From: Candidatus Goldiibacteriota bacterium HGW-Goldbacteria-1 | GTDB taxonomy: Bacteria > Oederibacteriota > PGYV01 | DNA length: 64,000 nt | Reading direction: 5' to 3' | Assembly (NCBI GenBank): GCA_002839855.1 | Contig: PGYV01000009.1 | Location: forward strand, 7,220-71,219 | Shown: positions 1 to 8,414 of the stretch, piece after piece | Position numbering within the stretch: the stretch's first letter is position 1 | How the letters are laid out: every line of letters begins with the position of its first letter | Program-made: the position numbers and the translations under genes | The notes under the pieces: model-generated | Told to the model about the DNA's origin: nothing | Seen by the model: the letters and a program-made list of their open reading frames with translations, nothing else | The model's database searches: none

Positions 1-1
1 A

Positions 2-616
2 TGTACCGCGCTCTTTTTCCCTGACAACAGTAAGCGATGTAAGCGTACCCGCGATAAGCATCATAAGAATTGCAATTAAACCCGGCACGATAAAATTTAC
101 GCTTTTCATCTGCGGGTTATACCAGACCCTTGGTTCTGCCATAACAGCCGGAATATTTTTTGGGTTTACACCGCGCATCTTTACCTTTTCAAGTATTATG
201 CCGCGCGAATATATAATCGTAATGGCAGAGACATAACCTATAGCCACTGTGGACGTATTTGGTTCTGACCCGTCGCAAATAAGCTGCACAGAGGTTTTTC
301 TATTGCTTTTTAAATCCGAAGAAAAACCTTTTGGCACTGAAAGTATTGCCCTTACTTTATTTACCCTTAAAGCCTCCACGCTTTTTTTCATGTCATTATA
401 CGCGGGTTCATACAGGGTAAAATATCCCGATGCTTCAAATTTTGACACGTACTGCCTGCTGTAAGCGGTGTTGTCATAATCAACCACCGATATGTTTATG
501 TTCTTTATGTCAAAAGTAACCGCGTAACCATAAAGGATAAGCAGCACCACGGGTGCTAAAAGCGCTATTCCAAGCGAGCGCGGATCCCGTTTTATCTGCA
601 AAAATTCCTTTCGCAT
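2..616 (-). CDS. ABC-2 family transporter permease (3' part lies outside the window start)
   Basis: The reverse-strand translation from ATG at 614-616 reads MRKEFLQIKRDPRSLGIALLAPVVLLILYGYAVTF... It has hydrophobic TM segments. It lies directly downstream of two ABC ATPase genes in the same orientation. Confidence 0.6.
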   Translation of the reverse strand, partial: MRKEFLQIKRDPRSLGIALLAPVVLLILYGYAVTFDIKNINISVVDYDNTAYSRQYVSKFEASGYFTLYEPAYNDMKKSVEALRVNKVRAILSVPKGFSSDLKSNRKTSVQLICDGSEPNTSTVAIGYVSAITIIYSRGIILEKVKMRGVNPKNIPAVMAEPRVWYNPQMKSVNFIVPGLIAILMMLIAGTLTSLTVVREKERGT

Positions 617-674
617 GACGGGAATTACCCTTTTTATGTCAAGCCTGCCCTGCCCTTTCACTTTTCACCTTCCA

Positions 675-1598
675 TTATTTTCTTACCAGCTTTACAAACA
701 CATCTTCCATAGTGGGTTGTGAAATACTCAGCCTGCCATGAATAATTCCGGCTTTGTTAAGAAGCCCGCTTATTTTATCCTGCAGGGTTTCCATTAAAAT
801 CCCGGAAATAACATGCAGCATGGCACCGTGCATTGAGACTTCTCCAATTTCTGCATCACCGGCCAGAAGTTTGTATGCTTTGCTTACATCCTCTGTTTCC
901 ATTTCATATACCGGCAGTTTAAACGCGTGATTTTTAAGCTCCCGTATATTTCCTTCGGCAATAATCTTTCCGCCGTCCATAAGGGATATTCTGCCGCAGT
1001 TTTCCACCTCGTCCATGTAATGGGTGGTCACAAATACGGTGGTACCCTGTTTTGAAATATTATCTATTATTTCCCAGAACTTTCTGCGCAGTATGGGGTC
1101 CACTCCCGCGGTTGGCTCGTCAAGAAATACAATTTCAGGCCTGTGCGCTATAGCGCAGGCAAGGGCTATTCTCTGCCTTATCCCGCCTGCAATACCGGAC
1201 ACAAGCCTGTCCGCTGTTTCATCAAGCCCCAGCTGGTGCATAACCTCTTTGCTGCGGACTTTTATGTCATCATCTTTCATTCCGTAAATACCGCCGTAAA
1301 ACTCAATGTTTTCAGCGGCGGTAAGGTTTGTATAAAGGGCAAATTTCTGCGACATATATCCAAGTTTTTTCTTTATCTCTTCCGGGTCTTTTTTTACGCT
1401 GTAACCCGCCACAATGGCGTCGCCTTTTGTGGGTTCAAGCAGCCCGCACAGGATACGTATAGTGGTGGTTTTTCCCGCGCCATTTGCACCCAAAAAACCG
1501 TATACTTCACCCTTTTTTACTTTAAAAGAAATATCATTAACGGCGGTAAAACTGCCGAAAATTTTTGTAAGATTTTGTGCTTCTACCGCAAAATTCAA
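675..1598 (-). CDS. ABC transporter ATP-binding protein
   Basis: Walker A GANGAGKTTT, signature LSGGIRQR-like and Walker B ...IVFLDEPT. The protein is 307 aa. Confidence 0.85.
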   Translation of the reverse strand: MNFAVEAQNLTKIFGSFTAVNDISFKVKKGEVYGFLGANGAGKTTTIRILCGLLEPTKGDAIVAGYSVKKDPEEIKKKLGYMSQKFALYTNLTAAENIEFYGGIYGMKDDDIKVRSKEVMHQLGLDETADRLVSGIAGGIRQRIALACAIAHRPEIVFLDEPTAGVDPILRRKFWEIIDNISKQGTTVFVTTHYMDEVENCGRISLMDGGKIIAEGNIRELKNHAFKLPVYEMETEDVSKAYKLLAGDAEIGEVSMHGAMLHVISGILMETLQDKISGLLNKAGIIHGRLSISQPTMEDVFVKLVRK

Positions 1599-1609
1599 AT
1601 TATTTCCCC

Positions 1610-2506
1610 TTAAGTTATTTTTTCTATGAATACATCCTCAATAGTCACGGCTGCTTTTCTTATTTGCGCGTCAGCGCCAATTCTCTGCCTGAAAATTTCC
1701 ATATCAGATTCATCACTTATCACAATCCTGTAATGGGCTCCCAGCGGCCGTAAGTCTTCAAGTGAAGCAAGCCCTTTTGCGGACTCCTTTATTTTTTCAC
1801 TGTTACCTGTCACTTCGTAAACCGAACTTTTAATGCTTTTTTTCAGTTCTACCGGGCTTCCGGACATCAGAAATTTTCCCGCGTACATAAGGCCCACCCT
1901 GGAACACCACTCGGCCTCGTCCATGTAAGGAGTGCTTACAATCAAAGTTACCCCTTCAGTTCTAATTTCCTGAAGTATTTCCCAGAACTCCCTGCGCGAC
2001 ACGGGGTCAACTCCCGTGGTGGGTTCGTCAAGTATTAGCAGCTTTGGCCTGTGAATAAGCGTGCACATCAAAGCAAGTTTTTGTTTCATTCCCCCGGATA
2101 AATTTCCGGCAAGCCTGTCCTTGAAAGGTTCCAGCCTGGTCATTTTTAACAACGGCTCCAGCCTTTTAGCAAGCGTCATCCTGTCTATGCTGAAAATATC
2201 GGCAAAAAATTCCATATTTTCCTGAACGGTCAGATCGGTATATAAAGAGAATTTTTGCGGCATGTATCCCATATGCTCTTTGGCGCCTTCCGCCTCTTTT
2301 GGAAGGCGATATCCCAGCACAGTGCATTCCCCTGAATCCTGGTGCATAATACCCGCAAGCATCCTTAGAGTGGTGGTTTTGCCGGCGCCATCCGGGCCTA
2401 TAAGCCCAAAAATTTCTCCGGAATTTATTTCAAAAGAACATCCGGACACCGCTTCCACTTTTCCAAAACTCTTTTTTAAATTATTTACAGATACTATGCT
2501 TCCCAT
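1610..2506 (-). CDS. ABC transporter ATP-binding protein
   Basis: Walker A GPDGAGKTTT, signature LSGGMKQK and Walker B LLILDEPT. It is a second ATPase of the same exporter. Confidence 0.85.
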   Translation of the reverse strand: MGSIVSVNNLKKSFGKVEAVSGCSFEINSGEIFGLIGPDGAGKTTTLRMLAGIMHQDSGECTVLGYRLPKEAEGAKEHMGYMPQKFSLYTDLTVQENMEFFADIFSIDRMTLAKRLEPLLKMTRLEPFKDRLAGNLSGGMKQKLALMCTLIHRPKLLILDEPTTGVDPVSRREFWEILQEIRTEGVTLIVSTPYMDEAEWCSRVGLMYAGKFLMSGSPVELKKSIKSSVYEVTGNSEKIKESAKGLASLEDLRPLGAHYRIVISDESDMEIFRQRIGADAQIRKAAVTIEDVFIEKIT

Positions 2507-2574
2507 TTTGCTCCTTTATTTATCCGTTCTCATCTTTCCTTTAATTTTAGTATTTATGGGCTGTGGCTTATACT

Positions 2575-3339
2575 TTATAAGTTAATAACCACATCAGCCG
2601 GTATTCCGGGCTTTAACATGCCTTCATCATTTTTGACGGTTATTTCAACGGCAAATACCTGTTTTACCCTTTCATCTTTTGTCTGGACATTTTTTGGCGT
2701 AAATTCCGCGTCCTGTGATATACGGGAAACACTTCCCTTAAACACTTTATCCTTATACGCGTCTATTTTTACAGAAGCCGTACTGCCCAGTTTTACCCTG
2801 CTCATATCAATAAGCGGGATGTAAATTGTAACCTTCGCGGTATTCATATCACCCAGAGTGAAAACCGGAGTGTTTGGAGATACAAGTTCGCCCTCTTCCA
2901 CATGTACTTCCATTATTAAACCATCCCACGGCGCCTTAACCTGCGCTTCTTTTAACATTTCATCCGCTGTAATGTAAGCTGACCTTGCCTGGTTATACTG
3001 CGCTTCCGATGCTTCAACCTGCTGCTTTGAAATTGAAGCGGAAGAATACAGCTCTTTAGCCCTGTCATAGGCGGCTTTTGCGGTATTATAGGAAGAATAC
3101 GCCCCCTGCTGCTGCGCCTGTACTATTACACTTTCAAGGACGGCAACAGTTTCACCGGCTTTTACGGTTTCCCCCGCATCCTTTAATTTTTTTATCACCC
3201 TTGCTGAAATTTTAGGCGCCACATCCACCTCTTTTATTTCAACAGTCCCGGAACCTGATATGGCCGTATTTTGTTTTGAACAGCCCGCAATTGCAAATAT
3301 GGAAAGTACAACAATTAGAAGCGCAGTATTTTTTTTCAT
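2575..3339 (-). CDS. HlyD-family / efflux periplasmic adaptor lipoprotein
   Basis: Signal peptide with lipobox (IAGCS). The protein has a coiled-coil-rich middle and a beta-barrel C-terminus. It sits between the TetR gene and the ABC ATPases. Confidence 0.75.
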   Translation of the reverse strand: MKKNTALLIVVLSIFAIAGCSKQNTAISGSGTVEIKEVDVAPKISARVIKKLKDAGETVKAGETVAVLESVIVQAQQQGAYSSYNTAKAAYDRAKELYSSASISKQQVEASEAQYNQARSAYITADEMLKEAQVKAPWDGLIMEVHVEEGELVSPNTPVFTLGDMNTAKVTIYIPLIDMSRVKLGSTASVKIDAYKDKVFKGSVSRISQDAEFTPKNVQTKDERVKQVFAVEITVKNDEGMLKPGIPADVVINL

Positions 3340-4068
3340 TTACTGTTTCCTCCTTTTATCTTCCGGCAGCATTGAGCTTTTAAAATTATCCATAATATAT
3401 TTTTTTCTGTCTTTTACGAATTTGCCTACTATTAACCTGTTAAATCCAATTTTGCCCGCAATATCTTCCGCCATAGGTTTAACCATATACACGGGTGCAA
3501 GCTGAACAATAAAACTGATTAAAAACTGATAGATATTTACTTTTTTCATTCTGCCTTCTTTCATCTCTTTACTAAGATACTTATACAGTTTTCCGTTTAC
3601 CGGATTAAAGGGTATTTTGCTGAAATTTTCAATTATTATCTTTGGCATATGTTTTGCACCGCTTATCACTTCATATACCATCAGTTTAAGATGGCTTCTG
3701 TATTCATCAAACATCCTTTCATAAACATTAAGTATTTCTTCCATAACTTTCTCTGTCTTCCCGCCATTTTCAAAATCAATCGCGTTTATCCTTTCTATCA
3801 ATATGCCAAAAACCGTCCTTAAAACCTGCTCATATATGTTTTCTTTTGATGAATAATAGTAATGAAGCAGCGCTTTATTCACTTTTGCCCTGTCTGCTAT
3901 CCTCTGCGTCCTTGCGCCGTAAAACCCGTATTCAACAAATTCATCAGACGCGGCTTTAAGTATTCTTTCTTTTGCCTTTAACTCTTTTTCCGGATCCTGT
4001 TTTTTTGACACTTTTAACCTCCGTATTCTTTCCGGCGAAAATAAAGTAAAAATTCCACTCCGGAACAA
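3340..4068 (-). CDS. TetR/AcrR family transcriptional regulator
   Basis: The N-terminal HTH (ARTQRIADRAKVNKALLHYYYSSKENIY) is typical of TetR. It is the first gene of the efflux operon. The true start may be internal. Confidence 0.8.
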   Translation of the reverse strand: MFRSGIFTLFSPERIRRLKVSKKQDPEKELKAKERILKAASDEFVEYGFYGARTQRIADRAKVNKALLHYYYSSKENIYEQVLRTVFGILIERINAIDFENGGKTEKVMEEILNVYERMFDEYRSHLKLMVYEVISGAKHMPKIIIENFSKIPFNPVNGKLYKYLSKEMKEGRMKKVNIYQFLISFIVQLAPVYMVKPMAEDIAGKIGFNRLIVGKFVKDRKKYIMDNFKSSMLPEDKRRKQ

Positions 4069-4092
4069 AAATTTTTATTTCAGCAGATTTTT

Positions 4093-5268
4093 TCATAGGA
4101 AATCAAAGTCCATATATAAAGGTTTAAGCAAAGGGAATGCCGCCTTTAATATTTTACTGTTACTTCCGGCCTTATATTTTATTCCAAGCACCATTTTCAT
4201 AAATATGCCTTCGTTAACTTGCGCTATTATTTTTTGATTGTAGTAAAACGTTATCTTTCCCCGCGGGCCTTTTTCTGTCCTTTTCATATCAAATGTACCG
4301 TTTATCCCGGCTTTTTTAAACCGCTTTAATATGAGAGGAACAATTACTTTTTTTAATCCTTCAAAATTGCCGATTCTGTACATTCTGATATATTTGGGAG
4401 TGATATATAAATCAATCTCTTTTTTTACAGGTTTTCTGGAACCTTCTATTTCTATCCCTTTGCCATTGTCATAATATATTTTATTTAAACCTTTTTGTTT
4501 TACATATTCAAATGCCTTTGCCGCAAGTGCTTTTGCGGCTTCTTCATGCCCCGGTAAATAACACAGCTCGGATATTTTTAGCGTATTTTTTTCAATATGA
4601 TTTACAGGGCCCATTAAAAGATAACCGCATGCTTTTTTATTTTTATATGCTATATAAGCCGGAGATATCCCGACTCCTTCCGACAATCCTTCTTTGTGAA
4701 TGTATTTACACCCCAGTACCCATGTATTAAGCGGCCTTACCACCGGGCCTGTTTTATCCGCGCAGAATTTTTCATGTATTTGTGCCATTGTTCTGATATT
4801 ATTTTTTTTCAACGGATCCGCTTTTTTTACAGCGTACCCGTATTGTATTTTTAGTTTGTCATCCAAATCCATAACTTTAAACGGAAACATAACCGGTGAA
4901 AACCCAAACTGCTTATAATAGGAGGTTTTGTAAGGATTAAGGTATGTAAGCGGATACCCTTCTTTTTTAATAAATTCCAGTGCGTCTCGTGTTATTACGG
5001 CAGCGTACCCTTTTCCCCTTTCATCCGGCGCGGTTGCCACTCCGGCTATACCTGCCGCTTTTACCTTTATACCGTCTATATATATTTCCCTTGGCAGAAC
5101 GCACGCCATGCTGACAAGTTTTTTACCTTCATATAACAACCTTATGTTTTTATATGAGAACTGTTCTTCTTTCATTATGGATGTATTAAGAAAAGATGAA
5201 TTAAAGACTTCAGCGCTTAATTTTACCGCGTCTTTGATGTTGATTTGATTTGCCTGTTTTATTTCCAT
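4093..5268 (-). CDS. GNAT family N-acetyltransferase, Eis-like (GNAT + SCP2-like C-terminal domain)
   Basis: It has an acetyl-CoA binding motif (GIAGVATAPDERGKGYAAV). Its ~390 aa length and architecture resemble Eis-type acetyltransferases. Confidence 0.55.
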   Translation of the reverse strand: MEIKQANQINIKDAVKLSAEVFNSSFLNTSIMKEEQFSYKNIRLLYEGKKLVSMACVLPREIYIDGIKVKAAGIAGVATAPDERGKGYAAVITRDALEFIKKEGYPLTYLNPYKTSYYKQFGFSPVMFPFKVMDLDDKLKIQYGYAVKKADPLKKNNIRTMAQIHEKFCADKTGPVVRPLNTWVLGCKYIHKEGLSEGVGISPAYIAYKNKKACGYLLMGPVNHIEKNTLKISELCYLPGHEEAAKALAAKAFEYVKQKGLNKIYYDNGKGIEIEGSRKPVKKEIDLYITPKYIRMYRIGNFEGLKKVIVPLILKRFKKAGINGTFDMKRTEKGPRGKITFYYNQKIIAQVNEGIFMKMVLGIKYKAGSNSKILKAAFPLLKPLYMDFDFL

Positions 5269-5375
5269 TACAGCCGCCTGTTTAATTTAACTGATTAGTT
5301 TAACCATCTGGTTAAATTATACAGTATTGACTTCAGAAATCAACAGCTTTTTTTAATTAAATTTGTCGGCTTGTT

Positions 5376-5567
5376 TTACTGTGCCCTGTAATTGCCGCAT
5401 TTAGCAAAACTATTTGTTTCGGCAAACCCGCAGCAGATATCTGTCTGATCCCCGCCTTTATTGCAGTTTTCTCTTTTTAAAGCGCATACCCTGCGGTTTT
5501 TTTCCACCCATCCCTGTTCATTAGCCGCTTCCGAATAATCAATTTCTTCTTCTAAAAATCTGCACAT
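5376..5567 (-). CDS. small Cys-rich hypothetical protein (63 aa)
   Basis: A strong RBS (AGGAGG) lies 6 nt upstream of the ATG. The product has six cysteines. Confidence 0.3.
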   Translation of the reverse strand: MCRFLEEEIDYSEAANEQGWVEKNRRVCALKRENCNKGGDQTDICCGFAETNSFAKCGNYRAQ

Positions 5568-5666
5568 GCCGCCCTCCTAAAATAGGTTTTTTTAGCCCGT
5601 TAGGATTGTCTTTAACACTAAAATCAATTTCCGCATATGCTGCCGTTTTAAATAACGGTTTGTTGT

Positions 5667-6221
5667 TCAGCGATTCTCTTTTTCCCCAAAAACCTGCGCT
5701 TCAAAGACATATATTTCGGTTTTAGGGTCAAGATACGCGTCCTTTGACAATCCGGCTTTTCCTTCACAAAGGTGTTCCATAAATTCTTTTTTACTCCACC
5801 CGGTTTCATCAGCCACCTGAGGAAGAAATACGCCTGCCGCAAAACCTTTTTTAACTATTACGCCGTGCCTGCCAAGTTCAATTTCATCAATACCGGACAC
5901 CCTTCGCTTGGGTGACAGTATGGATACTTCCACATCAATATCTTTAAGCTCCTCTTCATTTACAGGTTCAAACCTTGGATCCTGTGTTGCAGACTCTATT
6001 GCCATTTCTTCAACTGTTTTATGTATTGGTTCATTGCTTTCTATTGTTCCAATACAGCCCCTAAGCTGCCCATTATTATGAATAGTGACAAAAGCGCCGC
6101 CGGTCTGATTAAACTCCGGGTCAGTGGAATTAAACCGCGGAATAATACTTTTTGTTATATATTGCTCTATCGTATTTCTGGCAAGTTTTAAGATTTCATC
6201 CTGCTGCTGTTTATTCAGCAT
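5667..6221 (-). CDS. AMMECR1 domain protein
   Basis: The conserved LRGCIG motif and overall AMMECR1 pattern are present (GAFVTIHNNGQLRGCIGTIE...). Confidence 0.8.
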   Translation of the reverse strand: MLNKQQQDEILKLARNTIEQYITKSIIPRFNSTDPEFNQTGGAFVTIHNNGQLRGCIGTIESNEPIHKTVEEMAIESATQDPRFEPVNEEELKDIDVEVSILSPKRRVSGIDEIELGRHGVIVKKGFAAGVFLPQVADETGWSKKEFMEHLCEGKAGLSKDAYLDPKTEIYVFEAQVFGEKENR

Positions 6222-6954
6222 TTTTTACCTTCTTTTCTTCAGGTATAAATACCTTTATATTTTTATTTTTAATAAGTTTTTTAAATTCTTCCCCGTCATT
6301 TTTATTTCCCACAATAAGCCCGTAATGCATTGGAACCGCGATTTCAGGCTTTATCAAATCCACAGCTTCTGCCGCTTCTTTTGGTGTCATTACATAAGTG
6401 CCGGATACAGGCACAAGCGCCACTGATATTTTACCCAAACTCTTCATTTCGTCTATCAGGTCAGTGTCGCCCATATGGTATGTTCTTGTTCCTTCATAAT
6501 TCAGGATATACCCCACTTTGCCGTCTTTTTTTGGATGAAATGGTTTTTTATTATTATATGCCGCAACCGCTTCCACTTTTATATTGCCAAGCATGATAGA
6601 ATCCCCGGGTTTTACTATTTTAAGATTATAGCCTTTAAGTTTATCAGCGCATTTTTCCGTACATACTACTACTGTGTTTTTTGACGTGATTTTTTTTATA
6701 TCCTCAGGCGAACAGTGGTCATGATGTTCGTGGGTAATCAGGATATAATCTGCCGGTATCCCGGCATCAAGTTTAAAAGGGTCTATATAAATGATTTTTT
6801 TATCAAGTTTCAGCATAAATGAGTCGTGGTGAAACCATGTCATATTTTTTATTATCTGCTCTGCCGTCATATTGTTTTCCATGGCAAATCCCCCCGATAC
6901 TGAAATTAAAATGAATACCTGCAGCAGAAACAGTTTAATAATGCCTTTACCCAT
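6211..6954 (-). CDS. MBL-fold metallo-hydrolase, secreted
   Basis: An N-terminal signal peptide is present. The metallo-beta-lactamase fold motif is present as HEHHDHCS (the HxHxDH pattern). Confidence 0.75.
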   Translation of the reverse strand: MGKGIIKLFLLQVFILISVSGGFAMENNMTAEQIIKNMTWFHHDSFMLKLDKKIIYIDPFKLDAGIPADYILITHEHHDHCSPEDIKKITSKNTVVVCTEKCADKLKGYNLKIVKPGDSIMLGNIKVEAVAAYNNKKPFHPKKDGKVGYILNYEGTRTYHMGDTDLIDEMKSLGKISVALVPVSGTYVMTPKEAAEAVDLIKPEIAVPMHYGLIVGNKNDGEEFKKLIKNKNIKVFIPEEKKVKNAE

Positions 6955-7043
6955 AACAACCTCCCTGCATACTTCTTTATTATTCCCTTGACATTATACC
7001 TTAAAAAAATATAATATAAAACACTTTGAAATTAACAAAAAGT

Positions 7044-7120
7044 GGGCCCTTAGCTCAGTTGGTTAGAGCAGTAGACTCATAATCTATTGGTCGTAGGTTC
7101 AAGTCCTACAGGGCCCACCA
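7044..7120 (+). tRNA. tRNA-Met (anticodon CAT; elongator type, but tRNA-Ile2/lysidine cannot be excluded)
   Basis: A cloverleaf can be read. The acceptor stem is GGGCCCT/AGGGCCC. The D-arm is AGCTCAGTTGGTTAGAGC. The anticodon loop is CTCATAA. The T-arm is GGTTCAAGTCC. The 3' CCA is encoded. Confidence 0.9.
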
Positions 7121-7128
7121 TTTAAAAT

Positions 7129-7166
7129 AAAAAAAGCGTACCTTGTGTACGCTTTTTTTATTTTAT
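7129..7166 (+). terminator. rho-independent terminator after the tRNA
   Basis: Hairpin AGCGTAC-CTTGT-GTACGCT, followed by TTTTTTTATTTTAT. Confidence 0.75.
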
Positions 7167-7215
7167 GGCCCTGCAGGGCTTGAATGGTTTTGCCAAAGTA
7201 CTTTAAGTTCTTAAT

Positions 7216-7240
7216 GTAGAGACGCAATATATTGCGTCTC
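7216..7240. repeat. 22-bp perfect palindrome GAGACGCAATATATTGCGTCTC (copy 1), followed by a T-run
   Basis: Identical copies occur at 7338-7361 and 17975-17999. It forms a 9-bp stem with a TATA loop. Here it is followed by GTTTTTAT on the plus strand. Confidence 0.8.
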
Positions 7241-7337
7241 GTTTTTATACCCACCTTTAGCTTACACGGTTTATATGTAATATAGGAGTGTTTACAATTA
7301 GATACATTTTATCTCACAGATTTAAAAACAAAACCTT

Positions 7338-7361
7338 AGACGCAATATATTGCGTCTCTAC
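7338..7361. repeat. 22-bp palindrome family copy 2 (inverted relative to copy 1), immediately 3' of the CapA-like gene
   Basis: AGACGCAATATATTGCGTCTCTAC abuts the TAA stop (7363-7365). On the minus strand it is followed by a T-rich tract, so it is a likely terminator. Confidence 0.8.
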
Positions 7362-7362
7362 T

Positions 7363-8361
7363 TTATAAACCAAGTTCTTTTAAATCAATACCTTCAAACT
7401 TTAACGCGTCAATAAACGCCTTTATCTCTGCGGAGTCCTGCATTATTTCAGGCCTATAATTTACAAGTTTTACCGGTATAAACTTAACTTTTTTTATTAC
7501 TTTATTTTCTATTTCAAGATTTATTATGCCGCTTTTGTGTGTGTCTTCACGTTCAAGGTCAAATACAAAATTCCCAAGGCCATAAAATATATATTTACCG
7601 TTGTATTTTTCAACGTCCTGAAACAGGTGCGTATGAGAACCAAAAACAAAATCAACTCCGGAATCAATTAATTTTCTTGCGAATTTTTTCTGATAATTTT
7701 TTACCTCTTCATATTCCCTCCCCCAGTGAAGATAAACAATTAAAATATCACTCTCTTTTCTGTGGGCCTTTATGTCTTTTTGTATTTCATCCATAAGCGC
7801 GGGTATTGTACCGTATCTGTCTTTGCCCGCGAAAAAGGTTTCATGGGATACGTTTGAATAACATAAAAATGAGACCTTTGCTCCATTGACATACTTCACG
7901 CACGGAACATTTGGTTTCCAAAGGTTATTTTTTCTTATTCCGCAGTGGTCAATACCCGTTTTTTCAAGCGCCTGCACAGTCTGTGTAAGCCCATACTGCC
8001 CGTAATCCAAAATATGATTATTAGCAAGTGATACTATATTGATTCCAGCGTCTGCCAGTGCCCGGGCATCCCTTTCAAAACCATAAAGATGAACAGACTT
8101 ATCCTTTCCCTGCTTTTTTAAATTTAAAAGGCTTTCTTTATTTACTAAAGGGGCTTCCAGGTTCCCAAACACAACTGATGATTTTTTAAACAGTTCTTTA
8201 ACTTTTTCATATGGGTACCCAATTCCATTAACATCTATCAAAGGGGAAAGTTTTCTTCCCGGCATTATATCGCCCACAAGCGTTATAATATTTGAACCAT
8301 TTATGTTCTGCGTAATTACGCCTTTATCCTGCTGTAACTGCGCCTTATCTTCCGGCTTCAC
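7363..8361 (-). CDS. CapA/PgsA-family metallophosphatase-like protein (poly-gamma-glutamate synthesis-type), probably a lipoprotein with a longer N-terminus
   Basis: The LANNHILDYG motif typical of the CapA family is present. The in-frame upstream translation (8362-8421) reads KIASAAALLGLIGLSAGCAT, which is a lipobox. No canonical start codon precedes it. Confidence 0.7.
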   Translation of the reverse strand: MKPEDKAQLQQDKGVITQNINGSNIITLVGDIMPGRKLSPLIDVNGIGYPYEKVKELFKKSSVVFGNLEAPLVNKESLLNLKKQGKDKSVHLYGFERDARALADAGINIVSLANNHILDYGQYGLTQTVQALEKTGIDHCGIRKNNLWKPNVPCVKYVNGAKVSFLCYSNVSHETFFAGKDRYGTIPALMDEIQKDIKAHRKESDILIVYLHWGREYEEVKNYQKKFARKLIDSGVDFVFGSHTHLFQDVEKYNGKYIFYGLGNFVFDLEREDTHKSGIINLEIENKVIKKVKFIPVKLVNYRPEIMQDSAEIKAFIDALKFEGIDLKELGL

Positions 8362-8414
8362 CGTAGCGCATCCCGCAGATAACCCGATTAAACCAAGCAG
8401 TGCTGCCGCGGACG

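Noticed and set aside
1024-1629. Plus-strand ORFs of 87-156 aa inside the ABC ATPase gene
   Set aside because: Antisense shadow ORFs of a well-supported CDS.
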